Part shown: positions 20,945 to 30,773 of the stretch, piece by piece
How positions within the stretch are numbered: the first letter of the stretch is position 1
Layout: each line of letters starts with the position of its first letter
From: an uncultured Peptococcaceae bacterium
GTDB lineage: Bacteria > Bacillota > Limnochordia > Darwinibacteriales > Darwinibacteriaceae
Length of the DNA: 64,000 bases
Direction of reading: 5' to 3'
NCBI GenBank assembly: GCA_937988745.1
Contig: CALKAR010000207.1
Coordinates: forward strand, 3,394 to 67,393
Notes under the pieces: model-generated
Told to the model about the DNA's origin: nothing
What the model saw: only the letters and a program-made list of their open reading frames with translations
Databases searched by the model: none
Translations under genes and position numbers: made by a program

Positions 20945-21616
20945 TTAGGGTAAACTCTGCTCAAGCAGCCATTCATACAGCTTTGGATTGGCATAAGTCT
21001 CGGTCCAAGAATCATGGTCAGCCTCTGGATAAACGGTAAACTTAACATTGCCGCCTACCTTCCGAAGCTCTTCTACTAGTATCTCCGATTCTTTAAGTGG
21101 CACAACCTCATCTTTGGCTCCGTGGAACACCCAAATCGGCACATCCTTCAAGACCCGCACACGCTGCGGAAAACCAAAGAACTTATGGCCGCCACCGCAG
21201 ATAGGAACAACAGCAGCAAAGCGCGTCGGATTATCGGCTGCCAAATGCCAAGAGCCATAGCCACCCATGCTCAAACCAGTGAGATAGATGCGCCTTGTGT
21301 CAACGCGATACTCAGCCTCTAGTTCGTCAAGCAGGAGTTCTAAAGCATCTACGTGCAGGTTCCACCAAGTATCTTCGGGGCACTGAGGCGCTGCAACAAT
21401 GAAGGGAAATTCTTCTCCCTCAGCAATCAGCCGAGGCGGTCCATGCTTCTTGAGGATTTCGAGATCGCTTCCCCGCTCCCCGGCACCATGCAGAAACAGC
21501 AGTAAAGGCCAAGTTTTATCTGGCTCATCATGATACCCAGCGGGCAGATAGAGCAGATAATCTAAAGCAACTTCTTTTTCAACTACTCTGCGAAATTTCT
21601 TTGCTTTCATTGTCAT
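20945..21616 (-). CDS. Alpha/beta hydrolase, carboxylesterase/phospholipase-like
   Basis: Motifs are LLLFLHGAGERG, the nucleophile elbow GLSMGG, and VFHGAKDEVVP..ADHDSW. Confidence 0.75.
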   Translation of the reverse strand: MTMKAKKFRRVVEKEVALDYLLYLPAGYHDEPDKTWPLLLFLHGAGERGSDLEILKKHGPPRLIAEGEEFPFIVAAPQCPEDTWWNLHVDALELLLDELEAEYRVDTRRIYLTGLSMGGYGSWHLAADNPTRFAAVVPICGGGHKFFGFPQRVRVLKDVPIWVFHGAKDEVVPLKESEILVEELRKVGGNVKFTVYPEADHDSWTETYANPKLYEWLLEQSLP

Positions 21617-21789
21617 AAACTCACCTCTCGCATAACCAATTTCGCCCCGGAGAAAAATTTCCCTTCTATAATGGTAGGATACACCATTAGTAAAAATTTC
21701 TACAATTCTAAGCAGGAGCTGATGGGTTTTTCAGGAATTATATTTAGTTAGGATATTTTGATGCTTATGATGTAGGAGGATTCGACGAC

Positions 21790-24700
21790 GTGCATGTTTT
21801 TCGAGTTGGAATCGACATTGGATCAACAACCGTCAAAACGGTCGTACTAGATCAAAATGGCGAAATGATCCATGCCGATTACCGCCGGCACTATTCTGAT
21901 GTGCGAACATCAGTGCTCAACTTATTGAAAATAACCTATGAAAAACTGGGCAATTTCCGCGCAACTTTCATGATTACCGGTTCTGGAGGCATTGGACTTG
22001 CCCAGGCCTGCGGTGCCGGCTTTATTCAGGAAGTTATCGCGGGTACTACTGCAATCAAAGCAGTCTGCCCCGAAACAGATGTGGCCATCGAACTTGGCGG
22101 TGAAGATGCCAAGATCATTTATCTCAGCGATGGTATGGAACAGCGTATGAATGGTACCTGCGCCGGAGGAACAGGCTCCTTTATCGATCAAATGGCCATC
22201 CTGCTGAATACAGATGCGCAGGGCCTAAATGAGCTGGCTAAGAATCATACCACGATCTACCCCATTGCAGCTCGATGCGGCGTATTTGCTAAGACCGATA
22301 TTCAACCCCTTCTCAATGAAGGTGCTGCTCAAGAAGATATAGCCGCCTCTGTCTTTCAGGCCGTTGTGATTCAAACCATCAGTGGTTTGGCCTGCGGTCG
22401 CCCAATTAGAGGCAACGTAGCATTTTTAGGCGGTCCTTTGTATTTTCTGTCAGAACTGCGCCAGCGATTCATTGAAACGCTGGAACTAACACCGAATCAG
22501 GTGATCTTCCCAGAAAATTCGCAGCTGATCAACGCTCTAGGCGCCGCTCTGTCCTCAGATGAAGAAGAGGCAGTCACCCTCGAAGAGTTCATCCAGAGAG
22601 CCGAAGCTGCAGCGGATGTTACCATGGAAGAAGCACCTCGTCTGGATCCCTTGTTTGAAAACGAAGCGGACTTAGAGGATTTCCGCAGCAGACAAGCTGC
22701 CCACAAAGTAAGACGAGGTGATCTTTCGCAGTTTTCCGGTGACTGTTATTTAGGTATCGACGCTGGTTCTACTACGACCAAATTAGCGCTGATCGACTCT
22801 GAAGGCAAGCTGCTCTATTCATACTACAGCAGCAACCACGGCAGTCCCTTAGATACCACAATCGAAGCCCTTCAGGATCTATACGCCAAGCTCCCTCCTG
22901 GAGCTGTAATCCGCGGTTCAACCGTGACCGGGTATGGTGAAGGGTTGATTAAAGCAGCGCTGCGCGTTGATATTGGCGAAATTGAAACAATAGCCCACTA
23001 TAAAGGCGCCGACTTCTTCTGTCCCGGTGTTGACTTCATCTTGGACATTGGCGGACAGGACATGAAATGTATGCGAGTTCGGGACGGAGTAATTGAAAGT
23101 GTTCTCTTGAATGAGGCGTGTTCCTCAGGATGCGGTTCATTCCTCGAAACGTTTGCTAAATCGCTGGACATGTCCATTGAGGAATTCGCCCAGGAAGCCC
23201 TGACAGCACAGCGCCCAGTAGATCTGGGTTCGCGCTGCACGGTGTTTATGAATTCCCGTGTCAAGCAGGCTCAGAAGGAAGGCGCCAGTGTGGCCGATAT
23301 TTCTGCCGGTCTGTCATATTCAGTCGTGAAGAATGCTCTTTTTAAGGTGATTAAGATCCGCAGGCCCGACGAACTCGGTGAAAAAATCGTTGTACAGGGC
23401 GGTACCTTTTACAACGATGCTGTCCTGCGTGCTTTCGAACGGCTCACCGGACGCACCCCCGTGCGGCCAGATATCGCAGGGATTATGGGAGCCTTCGGAG
23501 CTGCCCTCATTGCCAGAGAACGCTGCTCACAGAATCACCGCTCTACAATTTTAGGGCCGGATCAACTGGCTAACTTGGAAGTAAAAACATCTAAAGCCCG
23601 CTGCGGACTATGTGTAAACAATTGTCTGCTCACCATCAACCGTTTTGGAGAGGGCGAAAGGTTCATTTCAGGTAACCGCTGCGAGCGCGGCGCCGGCGGA
23701 AAACGTAATCCCAATAAACTAACCAACCTCTATGCAGCCCGTTATAAACGGCTGTTCGATTATGAACCGCTGCCGTTAGCGAAAGCACCCCGAGGAAAAA
23801 TTGGCATCCCACGGGTTCTTAATATGTATGAAGACTATCCGTTCTGGTTCACGTTCTTCACGAAGCTGGGTTTCCGTGTCGAACTCTCACCCGACTCTTC
23901 TAAGGCTGTCTATGAACAGGGTATCGAGACAATGCCCTCGGAGTCAGTCTGCTATCCAGGTAAGCTCACTCACGGGCATATCGTCAGCCTAATCGACCAG
24001 GGATGTACAACGATCTTTTATCCCTGTATCACTTTTGCGGCAGAGGAAGAGTCAAATGCGGACAATCACTTTAATTGTCCAATTGTCACATCGTATCCTG
24101 AAGTGCTGAAGAACAATGTGGAACGGCTGCGCGAGGAAAATATTAAGTTCCTAATACCCTTCCTTCCCCTGCACAATAAAGAAGGGCTTATTGAGCGCCT
24201 CATTGAAGAACTTGGCCCTGCTTTAGATCTTTCTAATGAGGAAATCGAGCAAGCTGTTGAAGCTGCTTGGGAAGAACAAAAACGCTTTAGAGCAGATATG
24301 CGGGCCATGGGCGAAGCAGCTTTGCAGCGCATTAAAGAAGAAGGTTTGACAGGGATTGTACTGGCGGGACGGCCATACCATATCGATCCTGAAATTAACC
24401 ATGGTATTCCTGAACTGATTAACTCGCTTGGAATGGCGGTTCTTTCAGAGGATTCTATTGCCCATCTCGGTCAAGTGGAACGACCATTGAGAGTGGTTGA
24501 TCAGTGGAGCTACCATTCCCGGCTATACGCAGCTGCCGACTTTGTCACAACCCAGCCTAATTTAGAACTAGTACAACTTAACTCCTTTGGCTGCGGCTTA
24601 GATGCGATCACCACCGATCAAGTCCAAGAGATCCTAGAAGCCAAGGGCAAGCTCTATACGGTGCTAAAAATCGACGAAGGCAGCAACTTAGGTGCCGCTC

Positions 24701-26031
24701 GCATCCGTCTGCGTTCTCTGCAGGCAGCAATCAGGGAACGGGCCAAAACACCAGAGCAGCTGGCCGAGAAATCGTATGCGTTCGAAAAACGCGTTTTTGA
24801 AAAATGGATGAAAGATGAACATACTATCTTGGCTCCCCAGATGTCGCCCATCCACTTCGACCTCATAGAGGCAGCTCTCCGCTGTTCAGGGTACAAGGTC
24901 GATGTACTGCCGTCAGTGGATCACGAATGTGTAGAAGAAGGCCTGAAATACGTCAATAACGATGCCTGCTATCCGGCCATCATTGTCATCGGACAAATCA
25001 TTTCAGCCCTGCGTTCTGGCAAGTACGATCTAAACAACACATCGGTTATGATTACGCAAACGGGAGGCCAATGCCGTGCCACAAACTACATCGGCTTGCT
25101 CCGCAAAGCCCTTCTCGAAGCCGGTTTTGGCCAAGTTCCAGTTATTTCACTGAGTGCACAGGGCTTAGAGAAGTCTGGGTTTAAGTTCACACCGTCTCTA
25201 ATTCACCGCGGCTTGATGGCAGCCGTTTATGGCGACGGTTTAATGCAGCTACTGCACCGGGTGCGGCCTTACGAAAAAGAACCTGGTTCGGCCAATAGAC
25301 TGTTCGAGAAGTGGAACGAAATCTGCAAGCGTTCTCTCTCAAGTCTCGATATAAAAACCTTCAAGCGCAACATCTATGAGATGGTACAGGAGTTCGACAA
25401 TCTGCCAATTATAAAGAAGGTAAAACCTCGAGTCGGAATTGTCGGTGAAATCTTAGTGAAGTACCATCCTACGGCCAACAATCAAGTGGTTGAAATCCTC
25501 GAAAAGGAAGGCGCTGAAGCTGTAGTACCGAACCTAATCGATTTCCTCAACTATTCCCTATTCGGGATGCAGTACAAGTACCGGTATTTAGCGGGACCGA
25601 AGCTGGATCAAGTATTGGCTCGTGCCGCAACCTCGGTCTTAGAGCTTTACAGAAAGCCGCTTAAGAACGCACTTGCTCAAAGCAAGCGTTTTACGCCGCC
25701 TCGCACCATCTACGAGCTGGCGCAAAAGGCAAAGAAAGTGCTTGCTTTGGGGCATCAGGCTGGAGAAGGCTGGTTCTTAACCGGTGAAATGGTTGACCTG
25801 ATCGAATCAGGCGTCGAAAACATCATCTGCATGCAGCCCTTTGCCTGCCTGCCAAACCACATTACAGGCAAGGGTATGATTAAGGAAATCAAGCGGCTCT
25901 ATCCACAGGCAAATATTGTGGCAATTGATTATGATCCAGGTGCAAGTGAGATCAACCAGTTAAACCGCATCAAGCTCATGCTATCAGCAGCGTTTGAAGC
26001 CATAGAATGTGAGAAAGCGGCCGCGTTTTAG
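21790..26031 (+). CDS. Giant fusion of two BcrAD/BadFG-type activase ATPase modules with a CoA-enzyme-activase (DUF2229) / dehydratase-like C-terminal region
   Basis: Two acetate/sugar-kinase-fold starts are present: [16 protein letters not shown] and [16 protein letters not shown]. Each is followed by a ..CGVFAK../..CTVFMNS.. Cys and GGP/GGT motifs. A Cys cluster CGLCVNNC...GNRCERG follows, and then a domain of about 800 aa. The start is GTG 21790 after AGGAGGA. Confidence 0.8.
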   Translation: MHVFRVGIDIGSTTVKTVVLDQNGEMIHADYRRHYSDVRTSVLNLLKITYEKLGNFRATFMITGSGGIGLAQACGAGFIQEVIAGTTAIKAVCPETDVAIELGGEDAKIIYLSDGMEQRMNGTCAGGTGSFIDQMAILLNTDAQGLNELAKNHTTIYPIAARCGVFAKTDIQPLLNEGAAQEDIAASVFQAVVIQTISGLACGRPIRGNVAFLGGPLYFLSELRQRFIETLELTPNQVIFPENSQLINALGAALSSDEEEAVTLEEFIQRAEAAADVTMEEAPRLDPLFENEADLEDFRSRQAAHKVRRGDLSQFSGDCYLGIDAGSTTTKLALIDSEGKLLYSYYSSNHGSPLDTTIEALQDLYAKLPPGAVIRGSTVTGYGEGLIKAALRVDIGEIETIAHYKGADFFCPGVDFILDIGGQDMKCMRVRDGVIESVLLNEACSSGCGSFLETFAKSLDMSIEEFAQEALTAQRPVDLGSRCTVFMNSRVKQAQKEGASVADISAGLSYSVVKNALFKVIKIRRPDELGEKIVVQGGTFYNDAVLRAFERLTGRTPVRPDIAGIMGAFGAALIARERCSQNHRSTILGPDQLANLEVKTSKARCGLCVNNCLLTINRFGEGERFISGNRCERGAGGKRNPNKLTNLYAARYKRLFDYEPLPLAKAPRGKIGIPRVLNMYEDYPFWFTFFTKLGFRVELSPDSSKAVYEQGIETMPSESVCYPGKLTHGHIVSLIDQGCTTIFYPCITFAAEEESNADNHFNCPIVTSYPEVLKNNVERLREENIKFLIPFLPLHNKEGLIERLIEELGPALDLSNEEIEQAVEAAWEEQKRFRADMRAMGEAALQRIKEEGLTGIVLAGRPYHIDPEINHGIPELINSLGMAVLSEDSIAHLGQVERPLRVVDQWSYHSRLYAAADFVTTQPNLELVQLNSFGCGLDAITTDQVQEILEAKGKLYTVLKIDEGSNLGAARIRLRSLQAAIRERAKTPEQLAEKSYAFEKRVFEKWMKDEHTILAPQMSPIHFDLIEAALRCSGYKVDVLPSVDHECVEEGLKYVNNDACYPAIIVIGQIISALRSGKYDLNNTSVMITQTGGQCRATNYIGLLRKALLEAGFGQVPVISLSAQGLEKSGFKFTPSLIHRGLMAAVYGDGLMQLLHRVRPYEKEPGSANRLFEKWNEICKRSLSSLDIKTFKRNIYEMVQEFDNLPIIKKVKPRVGIVGEILVKYHPTANNQVVEILEKEGAEAVVPNLIDFLNYSLFGMQYKYRYLAGPKLDQVLARAATSVLELYRKPLKNALAQSKRFTPPRTIYELAQKAKKVLALGHQAGEGWFLTGEMVDLIESGVENIICMQPFACLPNHITGKGMIKEIKRLYPQANIVAIDYDPGASEINQLNRIKLMLSAAFEAIECEKAAAF

Positions 26032-26049
26032 CACAGCTCAAAAAACGGC

Positions 26050-26081
26050 GAGGCTGCCCGAATGGGCAGCCTCTATTTGTT
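26050..26081. terminator. Bidirectional terminator between the activase gene and the convergent ABC permease gene
   Basis: GAGGCTGCCC (26050-26059) pairs with GGGCAGCCTC (26064-26073) around a GAAT loop. AAAAA lies upstream and TATTTGTT downstream. Confidence 0.8.
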
Positions 26082-26105
26082 GCGTAGGGGAAGTTTGTTT
26101 TCAGA

Positions 26106-26969
26106 TTAACCCTTCACAGCCCCGCCCAAGATTCCCCGAACAAAGTACTTCTGCAGTGAGAAGAATACAACCAAGGGAACAAACATGGACACAAAGGCTG
26201 CTGCCGTCAAAAGATGCCAGCTCTGACCATAAGAACCCACAAGACTCGAAAGGCGCACAGTAAGTGGGGCCACAGATTCATGTCCACCCAGATAAATTAG
26301 GGCCACCAACAGGTCATTCCAAATAAACAAAAATTGGAAAATTACCAGCGATGCAATGGCCGGCACTGAAAGCGGGATGGCCAGCCGTACAAATGTGGTC
26401 CACACAGACGCTCCATCGATATAAGCCGCCTCAAACAAGTCGTCTGGCAAAGAATCGAAAAAGTTGTGCAGCATAAACACAGCAAAAGGTAGGCCATAAC
26501 CAGTATGCACCAGCCACAAGCCAAAAAAGGTCCCGCTCAAACTCAGTTTATTATACAGCCGCAGTACAGGCACAAATGTCATCTGAGTTGGTACAACCAT
26601 CATCATTACAATTAGAGCATAAAAGAAAGCTCTGCCGCCAAAATACAGCCGGGACAGACCAAAGGCTGCGAGAGCAGCGATGAAAACAGATAAGAATGTT
26701 CCGCCAATGGTGATAATAAAGCTGTTGCGGAAAGAAGTGCTCATGCCGCCGGTGGACAGCACTGTCTGGTAGTTCTCAAGGGTATATTGAGTGAACTTCA
26801 GAGGGCTTGTCAAGACCGTCCACCAACCGGTACTTGAAACGTCACTGGCCGGACGGAACGAAGTGACGAATAAACCCAGCGTGGGTATAATCCAGATTAC
26901 CATGGCAAATATGACCAGCGCATTCAGCGCAATGCGGGGCATCATGCGTTTCAGTTTGGATCTACCCAT
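26106..26969 (-). CDS. Carbohydrate ABC transporter permease (MalG-like)
   Basis: It has a BPD_transp_1 EAA loop (LFEAAYIDGASVWTTFVRLAIP) and six TM segments. Confidence 0.85.
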   Translation of the reverse strand: MGRSKLKRMMPRIALNALVIFAMVIWIIPTLGLFVTSFRPASDVSSTGWWTVLTSPLKFTQYTLENYQTVLSTGGMSTSFRNSFIITIGGTFLSVFIAALAAFGLSRLYFGGRAFFYALIVMMMVVPTQMTFVPVLRLYNKLSLSGTFFGLWLVHTGYGLPFAVFMLHNFFDSLPDDLFEAAYIDGASVWTTFVRLAIPLSVPAIASLVIFQFLFIWNDLLVALIYLGGHESVAPLTVRLSSLVGSYGQSWHLLTAAAFVSMFVPLVVFFSLQKYFVRGILGGAVKG

Positions 26970-26971
26970 GC

Positions 26972-27838
26972 TTACGATTCTCCCTTCAGCTTCTCCCGGA
27001 CATTAGCAAACATGATCGGGATGATAATCAGAAACAAGACTACCGCGATGGCGCTTGCCCTGCCTGTATTAGCAAATTGGAACATCTCTTTGTACATACG
27101 GTTGGCAATCACTTCGGTACCATAATTGCCGTTCGTCATTACATAGATAATGTCAAATATCTTCAATACATTTACCAGCATCGTGGTAACCACCACAGAC
27201 AAAGCAGGTTTCATTTCGGGAATAATGACATGCCAAAAGAGCTGCAGATCATTAGCACCATCAACTTGACCTGCTTCCAGCAGTTCAGCGGGAATCCCTT
27301 TATACGCGGCTGATAAGATCACCATACAGTATCCAGTCCAAATCCAGAGTCCTACCGCGATTAAGGCGAAGTTATTGAGTGGTGATTCTAAGAGCCAACC
27401 TTTTGGCTCAAGGCCTAAGACCACGAGAATCTGATTCAACAGCCCGATCTGATTGGCTCCTGGTGGCCGGTAGTTATACATGAACTTCCAAACCACACCT
27501 GCCCCTACAAAAGAAACAGCCATGGGCATAAAGATCACTGACTTCGCCAAACTCTCATATTTAACCCGATCAACCAAAATAGCCAACAAGAGTCCAAAGC
27601 CGACAGTCCCTGCCGTAAAGAAAATTACCCACAATAGGTTGTTTTGAAAGGCCCGCAGCATCGTGGGTGAAGTAAACACATAACGGTAATTATCTAACCC
27701 CACGAACTTCTCGGACCGGCGATCCATAAAGCTGAGGATGATCGTATGTATCGCGGGATACACTTGATACACGAGTAAAAACAGCACGGCCGGACCCACG
27801 TATAGAATGGGCGCCAAACGCCCACCTCTGCGCTTCAT
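26972..27838 (-). CDS. Carbohydrate ABC transporter permease (MalF-like)
   Basis: The EAA loop is LLEAGQVDGANDLQLFWHVIIP. It lies adjacent to the partner permease. Confidence 0.85.
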   Translation of the reverse strand: MKRRGGRLAPILYVGPAVLFLLVYQVYPAIHTIILSFMDRRSEKFVGLDNYRYVFTSPTMLRAFQNNLLWVIFFTAGTVGFGLLLAILVDRVKYESLAKSVIFMPMAVSFVGAGVVWKFMYNYRPPGANQIGLLNQILVVLGLEPKGWLLESPLNNFALIAVGLWIWTGYCMVILSAAYKGIPAELLEAGQVDGANDLQLFWHVIIPEMKPALSVVVTTMLVNVLKIFDIIYVMTNGNYGTEVIANRMYKEMFQFANTGRASAIAVVLFLIIIPIMFANVREKLKGES

Positions 27839-27899
27839 TCCTTCACCCCTTCACAATGGCTGAAGGGGGCTGGCCGTTTGGCCAGCCCACCGATAAAAC

Positions 27900-29171
27900 T
27901 TAGTAAGCTTCCTGTGCTGCGGTTTCCAGATATTCTAAAACGCTGTCCAGATCTTCTCCGCCAATGTACATGACAAGGGCCTCGAAGAATGCACCGGAGC
28001 CAACAGCTGCAGGCATAGAGTCGGAACCATCGAAGCGGAATACTTCGGCTTGGTTCAGAGCTTCAGCCATATCTCTCGTCAGATCATCGGGATATACAGC
28101 TGGATCAATCTTATTGTTGGTACCAAGCTTACCCAGGCCGCCGACCCAGATGGACTGAGCTTCAGCAGAAGCCATGAACTTCATGAATTCAACAGCTTCA
28201 GGTGTCTCGTTGAAGAGAGCGAGCATATCACCAGCGCCAAGCATTGGATTGCCGTGTTCTTCCTTAATTGGTGGGAAGAGGAAGAAATCAACGTCTTCAC
28301 CGATGACTACATCAGGATTAGCTTCCCGAATAAAGCTAGTAATGAAGCTTGCCTGACGATGCATGTAAGCGTTAGGAGGATCGGTGAACAGTTCATTTAC
28401 AGAATCACCGAAGTTGGTAGAAAGAACGGTGATCGGACCGCCGTAAACCAGGTCGCTGTTCAAAACGATCTTGCCGAAAATCTCGAAAGCTTCTTTGACT
28501 CTTGGGTCTGTCCATGGAATCTCATGGTTAACCCACTGATCATAGACTTCTGGCCCGGCTGTGCGGAGCATAATGTCTTCGATCCAGTCGGTCGCTGGCC
28601 AGCCGCTGGCGGCACCAGATTCGACGCCAATTGCCCAAGGTGTATCGCCGTTGGCTACCATTTGTTCCATTAGAGCTTCCATTTCAGCCCAGGTTGTTGG
28701 AACTTCATAACCCTTGGCTGCGAACTGGTCAGGACGATACCAGACGAGGCTCTTCAGGTCTGCGGCGATCATAAGGCCGTAGAAGCCATCACCGTGGGAG
28801 CCAAGCTCGATCCAAGCAGGACCTAAGTCTGCTGCAATAACGTCCATGTCAAGGTGCTTGGACAGATCGACAAGCGCGTTCCGCTCAGCATACTGATGCA
28901 TCGCACCAGGTCCAGGAATAGCAGCGATGTCAGGTGGATTGCCAGCAGCCAAACGAGTCTCTAAAACTGTTGGCAGATCCCGGGTACCTTCGAACTGCAC
29001 GGTAATACCAGTCTTCTCAGTAAAGGCATCCATCACTTGCTGGAAGACCTCAAGCTCCTGGCCTCCCCACACACCAAGGATGGTGACAGTTCCCTGCGCC
29101 AGTGCGGCACTTGGAACTATCAAAGTTGCAATGAGTACAAAACTGAGTGCCCACAACCAACTTCTTTTCAT
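27900..29171 (-). CDS. Extracellular sugar-binding protein of the ABC transporter (SBP family 1)
   Basis: The signal peptide is MKRSWLWALSFVLIATLIVPSAALAQG. The start was moved to ATG 29171, 8 nt after GGGAGG. Confidence 0.8.
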   Translation of the reverse strand: MKRSWLWALSFVLIATLIVPSAALAQGTVTILGVWGGQELEVFQQVMDAFTEKTGITVQFEGTRDLPTVLETRLAAGNPPDIAAIPGPGAMHQYAERNALVDLSKHLDMDVIAADLGPAWIELGSHGDGFYGLMIAADLKSLVWYRPDQFAAKGYEVPTTWAEMEALMEQMVANGDTPWAIGVESGAASGWPATDWIEDIMLRTAGPEVYDQWVNHEIPWTDPRVKEAFEIFGKIVLNSDLVYGGPITVLSTNFGDSVNELFTDPPNAYMHRQASFITSFIREANPDVVIGEDVDFFLFPPIKEEHGNPMLGAGDMLALFNETPEAVEFMKFMASAEAQSIWVGGLGKLGTNNKIDPAVYPDDLTRDMAEALNQAEVFRFDGSDSMPAAVGSGAFFEALVMYIGGEDLDSVLEYLETAAQEAY

Positions 29172-29201
29172 TCTGTAAGACCTCCCTATCAAATAATTTG
29201 A

Positions 29202-29230
29202 AATGTAACCGGTTGTATTCGGGGCAACAA
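29202..29230 (-). promoter_or_regulatory. Candidate promoter (TTGTTG-17-TACATT) with an overlapping LacI-type operator AATACAACCGGTTACATT
   Basis: On the minus strand the -35 is the reverse complement of 29225-29230 and the -10 is the reverse complement of 29202-29207. The 18-bp imperfect palindrome has a perfect AACCGGTT core with a central CG (29202-29219). It lies 31-48 nt upstream of the SBP start, downstream of the LacI gene. Confidence 0.45.
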
Positions 29231-29294
29231 AATACAGCCCGGTCATTCTTGTAATTGGACACGAGCTGCTAATTTCCTGCTAAGTTTTGGAACT

Positions 29295-30329
29295 TTATTG
29301 AGATTGTTTGTGCATATTGGGTCCGGCTGTGTTGCCCGGGTTAACCAGCTCCACGGGCAGAGTTATTTTACGGCATCTTTTACCTTCTTCTAACACCCCT
29401 AATAGGGTATGAGCGACCTGTCGGCCTAATTCATTAATTGGCTGCTGTACCGTGGTGAGCGGCGGGGTGAGATATTTGCCGACTTCAACTCCGTCAAAAC
29501 CGATCACAGATACATCTTCAGGTATCCGCAGACCCTCTTCCTGGAGAGCCTGTATAGCACCAATCGCCATCAGATCGTTACTGGCAAAAATGGCGGTTGC
29601 TCCCAACGCTCGTTCTCCAGCCAGGCGCTGTTTAACCACTTGATAGGCACCTTCACGGGTAAAATCTCCCTGCCAGACTAAATCAGGATCAACATCAAGG
29701 CCAAGGTCAGTCATTGCTTTTTTATAACCCTGCCAGCGGTTAGCCGTTGAAACCAGTCCCTCTTCCCCTGTAATAATTGCGATGCGGCGATGCCCTAAAC
29801 GGAACAGCTCCTCGACGGCAGCATAAGCGCCACCTACGTTATCCCCGTCGACCCAGGACACATCTGAAACATTAGTGCTGCCTAGAAAAACAAACGGAAT
29901 ACCACTTTTCTTCAAGAAATCGATCCGAGGATCATCTAGACGCGGCTCGGTGAGGACAACACCGTCCACCCGGCCTTGAGCAGACAGCGATGTGATAGTC
30001 TCCTGCACATCATTGGGACTCACCTGGGGAAGAAGCATGCTGTAGCCGTGCTCAAAGAGGACGGAGCTCACCCCATTCAGATACTCAAGGAAAAAAGGAT
30101 CTGCGATCGTACGAGGTGCGGCCGGGAGCATCATCCCAATCGTTTTTGATCGCCCTCTGGCGAGGTTGCTGGCTACGGCATGCGGACGATAATTATAACG
30201 CCGCGCCACTTCTTTAATGTAAGCTTTAGTCTCGGCCTTAACCCGAGGATCGTCAGCGAGAGCGCGCGAAACCGTAGCCTTAGAAACCCCACATTTACGG
30301 GCGATTTCTGCCATGCTGATCTTCTTCAT
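29295..30329 (-). CDS. LacI-family transcriptional regulator
   Basis: The N-terminal HTH is MAEIARKCGVSKATVSRALADDPRVKAETKAYIKEVARRYNYRPHAVASNLA. A periplasmic-binding-protein-like core follows. Confidence 0.9.
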   Translation of the reverse strand: MKKISMAEIARKCGVSKATVSRALADDPRVKAETKAYIKEVARRYNYRPHAVASNLARGRSKTIGMMLPAAPRTIADPFFLEYLNGVSSVLFEHGYSMLLPQVSPNDVQETITSLSAQGRVDGVVLTEPRLDDPRIDFLKKSGIPFVFLGSTNVSDVSWVDGDNVGGAYAAVEELFRLGHRRIAIITGEEGLVSTANRWQGYKKAMTDLGLDVDPDLVWQGDFTREGAYQVVKQRLAGERALGATAIFASNDLMAIGAIQALQEEGLRIPEDVSVIGFDGVEVGKYLTPPLTTVQQPINELGRQVAHTLLGVLEEGKRCRKITLPVELVNPGNTAGPNMHKQSQ

Positions 30330-30745
30330 GCCAAATCCTTCTCCTCAGCAGCTAGCACAACCTGAACATGAACCTGGCGGGTGCGAGGGCCGTCAAACTC
30401 GCACAGATAGATCTCCTGCCAGCGCCCCAAACGGATCTGGCCATCAGAAATAATGACATGCAGACTGGTACCCATTAGTGAAGTCTTAAGATGGGCAGCC
30501 GTATTGCCTTCGTAATGCCTGTAATTAGGATCGTTCCAAGGCACAAGTTTGTCCAAGAGATAGAGCATATCATAAACAACATCCGGGTCTGCACCTTCAT
30601 TGATGGTTAGGCCGCAGGTAGTGTGGTCAGTCGTGATTATACACGCTCCTGCCTTTACCCCACTGCGGCGCACCACTTCTTCGACCAAGTGGGATATGGG
30701 TACAAATTCTGCGTTTTTGTTAGTACGAACTGTAATAGTTTGCAT
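30326..30745 (-). CDS. yjbQ: YjbQ/UPF0047 family protein (secondary thiamine-phosphate synthase enzyme)
   Basis: The sequence is MQTITVRTNKNAEFVPISHLVEE...TTDHTTCGLTINEGADPDV..D...L..LVP....YRH.EGN.AAHLK. The start was moved to ATG 30745 after AAGGGGGA. Its stop overlaps the lacI start by 4 nt. Confidence 0.8.
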   Translation of the reverse strand: MQTITVRTNKNAEFVPISHLVEEVVRRSGVKAGACIITTDHTTCGLTINEGADPDVVYDMLYLLDKLVPWNDPNYRHYEGNTAAHLKTSLMGTSLHVIISDGQIRLGRWQEIYLCEFDGPRTRQVHVQVVLAAEEKDLA

Positions 30746-30773
30746 ATTAGATCCCCCTTGCAGATACCAGAAC

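Noticed and set aside
28050-28673. Track ORF of 207 aa on the plus strand, inside the sugar-binding protein gene.
   Set aside because: It is an antisense shadow ORF. The minus-strand SBP has a signal peptide, an RBS and operon context.
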